DNA of 64,000 nucleotides. Origin: an uncultured Methanosarcinales archaeon (GTDB lineage: Archaea; Nanobdellota; Nanobdellia; Woesearchaeales; GW2011-AR9). Shown piece after piece: positions 29,294-37,977 of this stretch. The translations under genes were made by a program, and so were the position numbers. The stretch covers positions 6,524 through 70,523 of the forward strand of contig CAZGQD010000005.1 in assembly GCA_964527395.1 (NCBI GenBank), given 5' to 3'. Under the pieces are notes generated by a model, which worked only from the letters and a program-made list of their open reading frames with translations, ran no database searches and was not told where the DNA came from. Every line of letters begins with the position of its first letter. The first letter of the stretch is position 1.

Positions 29294-30037
29294 ATGAATA
29301 TTGAGAATAATGGAAATAATTTTAATGATATAAGTGTTCCTGTAGAAGAGTTTAGTTTGCTTAAGCACCCTTTTTATCAGATGTGGCTTGATGGTAGTTT
29401 GTCTAAAACAGCTATTCAAGAATATACAAAGCAGTACTTCTATTTGGTTGATGCGCTTCCGCGTGCTATTGCTCGGATGTATAGTAACTGTTCTGATGAA
29501 AAAGTGCGAGCTGATTTGTTAATGCATTTGCAGGAAGAAGAAGTTGGTTTTGGTAATGGAGGAGTTGCTCATACTCAGCTTTGGCTTAATTTTGCAAAGG
29601 CTATGGGAGTTTCTGAAAAAGATGTTCGTGAGGTTGATTTGTTGCCTGGGACTAAAACTGCTGTAGATGCTTTGATGAATTCTTGTAGTAGTGGTCTTGC
29701 TGCTGGAGCTGCTGGGCTTTATGCTTATGAAAGTCAGGTGCCGCAGATAAGTGTTGAGAAAATTAAGGCTTTGAAGGAACAATATGGGATTTCATCTGCT
29801 GAAGGTCTTGCTTTTTTTGAAGTCCATAAAATTGCTGATTTGAAACATGGGGCACTTTGGAAGGCTATGGCTATGAAGCATGGTTCTGAAGATGAGAGAG
29901 CAAGTGTTGTTGGAGTTGTAGGTTCTAATGTTGTTATAGAATCTAGTAACGCTGTTTCTAAGGCGCTTTGGGGGATGTTTGATTCTATGTATGAAGCTTA
30001 TGTGCCTGAGAGTGAGAGAATGGCATGTGGGTGTTGA
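29294..30037 (+). CDS. CADD/CT610-like heme-oxygenase-fold di-metal protein (PqqC/TenA superfamily), putative pABA synthase
   Basis: LLKHPFYQMWLDGSLSKTAIQEYTKQYFYLVDALP, HLQEEE..H, AAGLYAYESQVPQISVEKIKALKEQYG, FFEVHKIADLKH. The ORF-track start at 29258 is TTG; the first ATG is at 29294. Confidence 0.7.
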   Translation: MNIENNGNNFNDISVPVEEFSLLKHPFYQMWLDGSLSKTAIQEYTKQYFYLVDALPRAIARMYSNCSDEKVRADLLMHLQEEEVGFGNGGVAHTQLWLNFAKAMGVSEKDVREVDLLPGTKTAVDALMNSCSSGLAAGAAGLYAYESQVPQISVEKIKALKEQYGISSAEGLAFFEVHKIADLKHGALWKAMAMKHGSEDERASVVGVVGSNVVIESSNAVSKALWGMFDSMYEAYVPESERMACGC

Positions 30038-30081
30038 TTCAATAGCAAAGTATTTAAATTGATTTTTTATTCTTTTTATTG

Positions 30082-30513
30082 ATGGTTGATAAAAAAGTAA
30101 GTTGGTTTACACTTATGAATCCTTTTTCTAAAGGGAAGGGAAAGAAGTCTAGAGCTGTAAAAGCGGCTGAGAAAGAAGATTCTTTGAAAGATATTGAAGC
30201 AATTTTGGAGTATTTAGCTGAAGTTAAAGAAGATGTTTCTAAAATGCAAGGACAAATGGAGAAATTGCGTAATTTAGAGAAAGAGAGATTGGTTGCTGGA
30301 ACAGGGCTCTTGCAAGTGAATTTGCAGGCACAAATAATGCTGCTTGATCCGTTAATTGAAGAATATGATGCTTATGAAGATGATTGTGTGATTCAAGGGA
30401 TTCGATTGAAGCGAGTTGCTCGAGAGTGGGCTAGACGTGCCAAAAAGGCAGGTTTGAAAGATCTTGTGAAAGAGAAACTTGGAAAGATGGTTTGGTTACG
30501 TAGGTTGAAGTAA
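30082..30513 (+). CDS. hypothetical coiled-coil protein
   Basis: 143-aa charged helical ORF. ATG at 30082 follows the TTG at 30079. Confidence 0.4.
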   Translation: MVDKKVSWFTLMNPFSKGKGKKSRAVKAAEKEDSLKDIEAILEYLAEVKEDVSKMQGQMEKLRNLEKERLVAGTGLLQVNLQAQIMLLDPLIEEYDAYEDDCVIQGIRLKRVAREWARRAKKAGLKDLVKEKLGKMVWLRRLK

Positions 30514-30683
30514 TTAGTGACCTGTTTTAATGAGATTGTTTTGTGTGACTACAAATCGAGAAATTCTTTTGTTTTTTGAGAGATGTGGTTTTTATCTGTT
30601 CTAGAATAATTATTTTTATTCCTGCTTGGGTTTAATACCCCGCAGTTCTACTGCGGTTGGGATGCTTAATTGTGAAGAGCAGT

Positions 30684-31334
30684 TTAAGCAGATGTTTGAT
30701 TAGTTATTACAATTTTGATAGTTTTTTTTTTGTTTGAAAATTCTTTTATTTTTATTAAATTGGAGTCATTTAGTAATTGGTCAATTCCGTTATTTTTTTG
30801 GAAACTTTTGAAGCCTTTGAAATGATTTGATCCTGCAAGAAATTCAATTATTTTGACTATATCTCCAAAGATATTTTTGGGTTGTGGAGTAGAATAATCT
30901 GCAATGATGATGTTTTTTGAGATACGTTTTGCTTCTTTAAGAACTCTGATTCTTAGGTCTTGAGGGACTTCATGAAGCATCATAGAAATTGTTGCATAAT
31001 CAAATTCTTGGTCTTTGAATTTTGGTAAGTTTGTTGCATCAGCATGAATAAAAGTGATATTGTTATTTTTTGTATGTGTTTGTTCGTTTCTTAATTTTTG
31101 GCGTTTTTTGGCATGTTTGATCATTATTGAGGAAAGTTCTATTCCTATTACTGATTTGCATTTATTTGATAGGTCAAAAACTAGTGAGCCTGTACCACAA
31201 GCAATGTCGATTACTTTACTGTTAGGTTTTATTTGCTTAGTGATGATTTTTCTTATTTCTTTTAAAGGAGTATCAAATATAATTTCGTGGATTTTTCCAT
31301 CATAATAATGAATTTTATCATTCTTTTTAGTCAT
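30684..31334 (-). CDS. class I SAM-dependent methyltransferase
   Basis: Motif I VIDIACGTGSL, then VIGIELS and FIHADATNLP. It lacks the NLPY motif of KsgA. Last gene of the L21e-RpoF-DUF655 cluster. Confidence 0.7.
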   Translation of the reverse strand: MTKKNDKIHYYDGKIHEIIFDTPLKEIRKIITKQIKPNSKVIDIACGTGSLVFDLSNKCKSVIGIELSSIMIKHAKKRQKLRNEQTHTKNNNITFIHADATNLPKFKDQEFDYATISMMLHEVPQDLRIRVLKEAKRISKNIIIADYSTPQPKNIFGDIVKIIEFLAGSNHFKGFKSFQKNNGIDQLLNDSNLIKIKEFSNKKKTIKIVITNQTSA

Positions 31335-31372
31335 AATAATAGAAAAATGATAAGAAATATTTCAATGTTTGC

Positions 31373-31987
31373 TTATTTAACAAAGATGTTGTACTTTTCT
31401 TTGCCTTCTAGCTCTTTAATGATTCTCTTAATAACAATACCTTTTGGATTTGGCATTAGTTTTACTCTACTTTTGATGTCATCAAAGGATTCGAAAGCTT
31501 TGAATTTTCTTTGGTCAATGATTTCCCACATATGTTTTTTACCTAAACCTGGTAAAATCTCTAAGGAATGCATTCTCATTGATAATGGTCCAGCTTTGTT
31601 GAAAAAATTGATGAATCTAGTTTCGTCTTCTTCTACAATTTTTTCTATAGCATGTTTTAGTTCAGCAGCTGCTGTACTAGTTAGTTTGCTGATTGGAATT
31701 CTACCTTTGATGTGGTGGATTTGGTCCCTTTTACCTTCTCCGACATAAACTTCTTCTTGAGGTTGTAGGAATACTTCTTTTTTTGGAACAATTTCTAGTA
31801 AGGTTAAATGATTTTTACCAATAGCTTGAGCAATAGGATCTTTTGGCCTGTGACCAGTATTATGAGAGGCGTAGCCGTGTTTAAGAAAATCTAGTACAAT
31901 TGCGTTTTCTTCTGCCGGTCGTTTTGGTTTATCAGAGTCAGTGCTTCTTCTGTCTCTTGGGTTTGACCTTTGGTTTTCGTATCTCAT
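31373..31987 (-). CDS. DUF655/COG1491-type predicted nucleic-acid-binding protein
   Basis: AIVLDFLKHGY...LLEIVPK...EVYVGEG OB-like N-part and LEILPGLGKKHMWEII helix-hairpin-helix part. Conserved archaeal neighbourhood with rpoF and rpl21e. Confidence 0.7.
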   Translation of the reverse strand: MRYENQRSNPRDRRSTDSDKPKRPAEENAIVLDFLKHGYASHNTGHRPKDPIAQAIGKNHLTLLEIVPKKEVFLQPQEEVYVGEGKRDQIHHIKGRIPISKLTSTAAAELKHAIEKIVEEDETRFINFFNKAGPLSMRMHSLEILPGLGKKHMWEIIDQRKFKAFESFDDIKSRVKLMPNPKGIVIKRIIKELEGKEKYNIFVK

Positions 31988-32133
31988 TTTTGATTTATAT
32001 AATGGTTATTTTGTTTTTTTGATGATGATTTTTATTGATTATGTATTTTCTTTAATTAATTGTCTAAGGAGTTTATGAAGAAGTCAATCTTAATAAAACT
32101 TGCCAAAGAGAATTTAAGAAAAAGATGCTTGTT

Positions 32134-32478
32134 TTAAATGATTTTTTTAATCTCATCTAAGATGGCATCTTGATCTTTTTTAGGCAAGGTGATGTTGTAT
32201 CCTTGCAAGACAGATTTAAGATCGTCTGCGTCTTTTGGTAGAAAATCGATGATTTTGGCAATATGTTTTGCTCTTAATCTTGTTAGATCAAGGCCTTCAA
32301 GAGCTGCTTTAAGGTCATCTTTTTGTTTTGTAGTTAAAGTTACAAATGCATCAAGGTATTCTTTGGTTTTTTGTGATAAAAAGCCTAGTTCAGTATCTCG
32401 CTTTGTGATCTTGTCAATTGATTCCTTCACTTCTGCTAAGCAGAGTGGCTCTTCACTAATAACTGTTGCATTTGGCAT
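32134..32478 (-). CDS. rpoF: DNA-directed RNA polymerase subunit Rpo4/F
   Basis: 114-aa helical protein (LCLAEVKESI...TKEYLDAF...IAKIIDFLPKDADDLKSVL) immediately downstream of L21e, as in most archaea. Confidence 0.75.
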   Translation of the reverse strand: MPNATVISEEPLCLAEVKESIDKITKRDTELGFLSQKTKEYLDAFVTLTTKQKDDLKAALEGLDLTRLRAKHIAKIIDFLPKDADDLKSVLQGYNITLPKKDQDAILDEIKKII

Positions 32479-32482
32479 TTTT

Positions 32483-32782
32483 TTAGTTTGTTTGTAGTCT
32501 GATTAAATGAATTGGGTGAACAAAGATTCTTTTTAATTTGTTACCATCATTGAAGTCAACTTGGTAGCAATTTCCTCTTTGACCAGTCACTTTTCCACAT
32601 TTTCCATGAAATCTAGGGTGGAATTGACCTTTTGGGATGCTGGAGTTGATTTTTAAAGCTACTCTTTCTTGAAGTTTGAATAGTTGAAAATACTTGCTAA
32701 GAGAGATTTTTCCTTTTTCACGCACATTTTTTTGAAGTTTGTGCCTGGTTTTTCTTCTTCCTGTACCAATTCTAGTTGTCAT
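32483..32782 (-). CDS. rpl21e: 50S ribosomal protein L21e
   Basis: TRIGTGRRKTRHKL...FHPRFHGKCGKVTGQRGNCYQV. The ATG at 32782 is preferred over the upstream GTG at 32794. Confidence 0.9.
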   Translation of the reverse strand: MTTRIGTGRRKTRHKLQKNVREKGKISLSKYFQLFKLQERVALKINSSIPKGQFHPRFHGKCGKVTGQRGNCYQVDFNDGNKLKRIFVHPIHLIRLQTN

Positions 32783-32964
32783 ACTCGGTTTCACGTTGAA
32801 ACATTTATAAAGTTTGTGGTAGGATTTGGGTTTTGTGGGCTTTTTAGGGTGTTCTTGTGATTGGAGTGATAAAATTAAAGGATTTATAGTTTTTTGATGG
32901 TTTTATCAGAAGATATCAAAAGAGATGGAGAAAATAGAGCTTATATATTTAGAAATAAAGTAAA

Positions 32965-34854
32965 ATGGCTGAAAATTTGGAAAAAAAGGAAGTTTTAGAG
33001 CCTAAGAATAAAAGTTCAGGTAAGAAAAAGCATGCTCAGGCGCTTGCAAATGCTGATGAATCGTTTTATTCAGACTTAGCTGATGCTTTAGTAGATTTAG
33101 GTGAGAATGTTCCTCGTAAAGAAATAGATAAATTGAAGCGAAAATTGTCTGCTAAATATAGATTGCCTAAGATTCCAACAAATATAGAAGTTTATTTGAG
33201 GGTTCCCGTTGATAAGCGAGATCTTGTTAAGAAGAAACTGATGACAAAACCAGTTAGGAGTATTTCTGGAGTTTCACCGATTGCGATTATGACAAAACCA
33301 ATTGGATGTCCGCATGGGAGATGTATTTATTGTCCAGGAGGACCAGGATCTGTTTTTGGGGATGTACCGCAAAGTTATACTGGAAAAGAGCCAGCGAGTA
33401 TGAGGGCGATTCGTAATAAATTTGATGCTTATTTACAGGTTTTTAATCGACTTGAGCAATATGTGATTTTAGGGCATAGTTTTACTAAAAATGATGTAAT
33501 TATTATGGGTGGGACATTTCCTTCTTTTCCACTAGATTATCAAGATGAGTTTATAGCTTTAACGTATAAAGCAATGAATGATTTTTCAGAAATGTTTTTT
33601 GATTCTGACGGTAAGTTTGATTTAGATAAGTTTATTGCTTATTTTGAGCTTCCTGGAGATATTCGTGATGCTGAAAGGACCAAACGTATTCAAAAGAAGC
33701 TTTTGAAGCATAAGAATCTAAGAGAAGCTAGAGGATCTAAGAGATTAGGTGGGTTGGAGGAGTCTGAAGAATCTAGGGAATTAGGAGAAATTGGGAAAAA
33801 AGGAGAAGTTGTTGTGTCTGATCTTGAAGAAGAGAAAAGACGTAATGATGAAGAATCTTATGTAAAATGTATTGGACTTACTATTGAAACCAAGCCAGAT
33901 TGGGCTTTGCTTGATCATGCTAAACAGATGTTGAGGTTAGGATGTACACGAGTAGAGCTTGGAGTTCAGACAACGAATGCAGAGATTACTGCTCGGACAA
34001 ATAGAGGGCATAGTCAAGAAGAGACTGTTGAATCTATTAAGGTGCTTCGTGATTTAGGATTTAAACTTAATTTTCATATGATGCCTGGGCTTCCGGGGAG
34101 TAGTGAGGGAGAAGATGTAAAGATGCTTTGTGAGGTAGTGTCTGATTCGCGTTATATGCCTGATATGTTGAAGATTTATCCTTGTATGGTAATGCCTGGA
34201 ACGCCTCTTAAAAAGCTGTTTGATGCTGGCAAATTTGAGCCTATGGAGACAGATGGAGCAATAAGAGTGATTTCTTCTTTTATTGAGGCTGGAGTGCCGG
34301 AATGGGTGCGTATTATGAGGGTTCAGCGTGATATTCCAACATATAGGACAACTGCAGGGGTGGATAAAACAAATCTGCGACAGATGCTTGAGAAGCAAAT
34401 GAATGAGAAAGGAATAGTTAGTCGAGATATTCGTGCTCGTGAGCCTAAAAGAAAAGAGATTGATTTTGAAGCAGTTGAATTAGTGGTTCGGTCTTATGAT
34501 GCTTCTGCTGGGAAGGAGTACTTTATCTCTTTTGAGGATCTTTCTAATGATTTGATATTAGGATTTATTAGACTTAGGTTTCCAAATTCTGGGCTTGTGC
34601 CTGAGATAAATTCAGATTCTGCTTTGATTCGTGAGTTGCATGTCTATGGACAAGCTTTGGCGCTTGGGAAGGAATCTAGTGAAGGAGTTGTTCAGCATAA
34701 AGGTTTTGGGCGTAAGCTACTTGCTAAAGCAGAAGAGATTGCTCGTGAAGCTTGCAAGAAGAAGATGGTGATTATTAGTGGAGTAGGAGTTAGAGGTTAT
34801 TATGAGAAGTTTGGGTATAAGCGAGATGGACCTTATATGAGTAAAAATTTTTGA
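32965..34854 (+). CDS. elp3: Elp3-type radical SAM / GNAT tRNA-modification enzyme
   Basis: CPHGRCIYCPGG radical-SAM cluster site. C-terminal GNAT motif HKGFGRKLLAKAEEIA. Contains a charged ~45-aa insertion (REARGSKRLGGLEESEE...). Confidence 0.9.
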   Translation: MAENLEKKEVLEPKNKSSGKKKHAQALANADESFYSDLADALVDLGENVPRKEIDKLKRKLSAKYRLPKIPTNIEVYLRVPVDKRDLVKKKLMTKPVRSISGVSPIAIMTKPIGCPHGRCIYCPGGPGSVFGDVPQSYTGKEPASMRAIRNKFDAYLQVFNRLEQYVILGHSFTKNDVIIMGGTFPSFPLDYQDEFIALTYKAMNDFSEMFFDSDGKFDLDKFIAYFELPGDIRDAERTKRIQKKLLKHKNLREARGSKRLGGLEESEESRELGEIGKKGEVVVSDLEEEKRRNDEESYVKCIGLTIETKPDWALLDHAKQMLRLGCTRVELGVQTTNAEITARTNRGHSQEETVESIKVLRDLGFKLNFHMMPGLPGSSEGEDVKMLCEVVSDSRYMPDMLKIYPCMVMPGTPLKKLFDAGKFEPMETDGAIRVISSFIEAGVPEWVRIMRVQRDIPTYRTTAGVDKTNLRQMLEKQMNEKGIVSRDIRAREPKRKEIDFEAVELVVRSYDASAGKEYFISFEDLSNDLILGFIRLRFPNSGLVPEINSDSALIRELHVYGQALALGKESSEGVVQHKGFGRKLLAKAEEIAREACKKKMVIISGVGVRGYYEKFGYKRDGPYMSKNF

Positions 34855-34950
34855 GTAGGAATAAGGGTTTTTCTTTGTTTTGTTGGTACTAGGTAAACGA
34901 CAACTTTAAATATAATAATTCGCTGATCTAGATTGGGAGGGTTTTGAATT

Positions 34951-36405
34951 ATGAAAAAGTCAGGTTTTTTACTAGGGATTTCGTTCTTGTTGGTACTTAT
35001 TTGTTCACTGAGTGTTATAGCTGTTGATTTGAGTGTGGAGATTGTAGATGATACAATTGACCCAGGAGAATCAGCTGAATTTTTAATTATTATTGAAAAT
35101 GATGATAATGAGGTGCAAGATTTCACATTATATTCTTTGTCAGGAGCAGATGGATGGCAGGTAGATCCTAAGGATTTAGGAGATAGGGTTATTGAGAATC
35201 TAGAACCTGGAGAGGAACGTGAAGTTTCTGTATTAGCAACTCCACTTTTTGATGAAATGGATCCAGGAGTTTATCAGCTTTCACTTGATGTAGATGGGGA
35301 GTTTGATGGAGAATCAGATCAGGTTTCACTTAAAGTTTATCTTGGATCAGGACCATCAGCAGGAGAGTATTTGCCGTCAATTTCAGTTGAGCTTGAAATG
35401 GATGAAGAGATTGATTCTCTTGAGCCTACAAGTGTAGTTTTATATTTAGAAAATGGGAATTCTCGTAATTTGAGTGATTTAAGTTTGAGAGTTGAAAGTG
35501 ATATTGAACCATTTAATGTGCATATTCCAATTGGACTTGAAGGTTTTGAAGAGAAAACTGTTGAATTTACAGTAGATCTTGATCCGTATACGCAGCCTAA
35601 GAATTATGTGGTTTTCTTTATATTTGAAAGTGAAGGAGAAACAGTAAAGATTGTTGATTCTAAAGTAGAAGTTGAGATGTATGTACCTGACTTTGTAGTT
35701 GAAGTTAGTGAAGAAAAAATGTTTTTGAAAAAGCAAGTTGAAATTAGCTTGTTAAATGAAGGAAATGCAGAAAATACTCAGCAGTATCTTTACTCAATTT
35801 CTTTTTTCTCATCACTTTTTGTAAATTCAGATGAAGGTTATGTTGTGCGTCATGATGGACAAAGTTATGTTGTATGGGATATGGCATTGCAGCCTGGAGA
35901 GCAAATAGATGTAAGTTTGGCTTTAAATTATAGAGTTTTATTTTACTTGTTTGTATTTTCACTTGCTTTGTTTTTGTTTTACTGGATAGTTAGATCTCCA
36001 ATATTGATATCTAAAAAAGGTCTTGTAGTGGTAGGAGATGAAAATGGTCTAAGTGAAGTCAAAGTAATGCTTGAAATTAGAAATAGAAGTAAGCGTCCAT
36101 ATACAGTGGTAGAGATTATGGATACCGTTCCAGGAATTGCTAACGTTGAGCGAACTTTGCAGCTTGGTACACTAAAACCAGATAAAGTAACACATTCAAG
36201 ACAAGGAAGTAAGATTTATTGGAGTTTGAGTGAATTAGATGCACTTGAACAGAGAATTATTACTTACAAAATTAAAGCTAAGTTGAATATTTTAGGGCAG
36301 TTTCAGTTGCCTAGAGCAGAATTAGAGTATTCAAGTGTGAAAGGTAAACGAAAAAAGAGTTATTCAAACTATTTTAGAATGGATACACGTTTGCAAAAAA
36401 GGTAG
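34951..36405 (+). CDS. secreted/membrane protein with CARDB/NEW3-like and DUF11-like beta-sandwich domains
   Basis: Signal peptide MKKSGFLLGISFLLVLICSLSVIA. IDPGESAEFLIIIEN and LEPGEEREVSV patterns. Internal TM helix. C-terminal segment EIRNRSKRPYTVVEIMDTVP...IITYKIKA. Confidence 0.5.
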   Translation: MKKSGFLLGISFLLVLICSLSVIAVDLSVEIVDDTIDPGESAEFLIIIENDDNEVQDFTLYSLSGADGWQVDPKDLGDRVIENLEPGEEREVSVLATPLFDEMDPGVYQLSLDVDGEFDGESDQVSLKVYLGSGPSAGEYLPSISVELEMDEEIDSLEPTSVVLYLENGNSRNLSDLSLRVESDIEPFNVHIPIGLEGFEEKTVEFTVDLDPYTQPKNYVVFFIFESEGETVKIVDSKVEVEMYVPDFVVEVSEEKMFLKKQVEISLLNEGNAENTQQYLYSISFFSSLFVNSDEGYVVRHDGQSYVVWDMALQPGEQIDVSLALNYRVLFYLFVFSLALFLFYWIVRSPILISKKGLVVVGDENGLSEVKVMLEIRNRSKRPYTVVEIMDTVPGIANVERTLQLGTLKPDKVTHSRQGSKIYWSLSELDALEQRIITYKIKAKLNILGQFQLPRAELEYSSVKGKRKKSYSNYFRMDTRLQKR

Positions 36406-36521
36406 AAAATTAAGTACTTGGTACCTGTGTGGTCTGTCATCTGTTTTGGACAATAAAAACATTTAAATAATCACATTGAGGGTAAGAAGTAATTAGATTT
36501 TAGAGGAGAGGGTAAGATAAA

Positions 36522-36974
36522 ATGAGGGACTTTTTTTTACAATTAAAGGAAAAATTTGCTAAGCAACCAGATGAGCCAATGGAAGAACCAGTGGCTGAAG
36601 TGTCTTCAGATTATGTTGAAGTAGGAGCTTCTAGTGTAGTTGGAACTTCTGAAGGTGGAGATTCTAAGGTGGTTGTCAGGCCATTTGTGATGGAAGAATT
36701 TGAAGATATCAAAGCTGTTTTAGATAGTCTTCGTCAGGGTAAAACCATTGCTCTAATTAATATTCGTCCACTAAAAGAAAAAGATATTGTTGAATTAAAA
36801 CGTGCAATTAACAAGCTGCGTAAGACTTGTGATGCTATCGATGGTGACATTGCTGGCTTTGGAGAAGATTATGTTGTAGCAGCACCGTATTTTGCTAGGA
36901 TTTATCGTGGTAAGAGGTCAGTTTCAACAGTTTCTGCTGCTCCTGAGGAAGCTCCGCAAGTTCAAAGTTTTTAG
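36522..36974 (+). CDS. sepF: cell division protein SepF
   Basis: VVVRPFVMEEFEDIKAVLDSLRQGKTIALINIRPLKEKD...DIAGFGEDYVVAAP matches the SepF/DUF552 core. Confidence 0.8.
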   Translation: MRDFFLQLKEKFAKQPDEPMEEPVAEVSSDYVEVGASSVVGTSEGGDSKVVVRPFVMEEFEDIKAVLDSLRQGKTIALINIRPLKEKDIVELKRAINKLRKTCDAIDGDIAGFGEDYVVAAPYFARIYRGKRSVSTVSAAPEEAPQVQSF

Positions 36975-37036
36975 TTTGAAATGATGTGAGTTAGATTAAA
37001 TTTTTGTTTTTTGTATTTAAATCATTTTGAGGAAAA

Positions 37037-37597
37037 ATGGGAGCTGTAAATGAAGATTTAATCTTGAAGTTTTTATTGTTAGATAAGAGAAATGATTATT
37101 CTGGTTCTAAGGATCATTTGGAAGAAGTTGGAGCACTTGCTGATAGAGCTAAAAGGAGAGTGGCGGCTTTTGTTCGAAGTCCTTGTCTTGCGGATATTGT
37201 TAGTGGCGCTGTAATGGATGTAAGTGAAAATGAAGAAAGATATAATGGTTCTTCTACTGTACTTGAGGGGCAAAGTCCTGTTTTGACTGTTGCTTATGAG
37301 GTAATGGAGAAAGCTGAAGGGAGTGGAGATCCTAATATGAGGTTTTTAGGGTATACAATGTTAGTTAATTTAAGAAGGCTAACAGATAGGGGAGTTGGAA
37401 TGGGTGATTTTATAAATTGTGTAGAAAAAAATTTTGATTTTTCAGTTCCTGGTTTAGGTGGTGATTTGGAAGTTTTTTCTTATTCAGGAGGACAAGAGAG
37501 GCTTTCTGGTTTTGATTTGATGAAAAATTTATATCCTGGAGCTAAAACATTTAACTATAAGGATAGTTTTGGTGGAGTTGGGAGTCAAGAATTGTGA
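37037..37597 (+). CDS. hypothetical protein
   Basis: 186-aa ORF. No motif recognised. Confidence 0.4.
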   Translation: MGAVNEDLILKFLLLDKRNDYSGSKDHLEEVGALADRAKRRVAAFVRSPCLADIVSGAVMDVSENEERYNGSSTVLEGQSPVLTVAYEVMEKAEGSGDPNMRFLGYTMLVNLRRLTDRGVGMGDFINCVEKNFDFSVPGLGGDLEVFSYSGGQERLSGFDLMKNLYPGAKTFNYKDSFGGVGSQEL

Positions 37598-37678
37598 TAA
37601 AATGCCAAGGAATGATTTTATAATTTTCTTTGTTTTTTTTTCGTTAATTTAATAAAGTTTTAATGAGTTGTTATTATT

Positions 37679-37942
37679 ATGAATTTAGTTAATAAGTTAT
37701 CTGGTGTTTATAATAGTGGTGCTGAAGTGGGTAGGTCACATAATTTTGTTCTTTTTACAAGAGAGCTTTTTGCAATAGTTGAGGCAGCGCCAGTTTAGGT
37801 TATATCTAGAAGAGATGGGGTTGAGTGTTATTCAAAAAGATTTGAAGTTCCAGAGAAAAAAGAGTGGGATCCACCAAATGGATTAGTTAATAGAGTTTTG
37901 TATGGAACAGGTTATGTTTTGAATAAATATTTTCCAAGATAA
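37679..37942 (+). pseudogene. 87-codon reading frame interrupted by an in-frame TAG at 37796
   Basis: MNLVNKLSGVYNSGAEVGRSHNFVLFTRELFAIVEAAPV*VISRRDGVECYSKRFEVPEKKEWDPPNGLVNRVLYGTGYVLNKYFPR. TAG terminates other genes in this window. Confidence 0.3.
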
Positions 37943-37977
37943 AGAATTTAAGATGTTTGGAGTCAAGAATTGTGATT

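Noticed and set aside
37796-37798. I considered stop-codon reassignment (TAG read as sense).
   Set aside because: TAG, TAA and TGA all terminate well-supported genes here. For example, thrS and 9050..11650 end in TAG.
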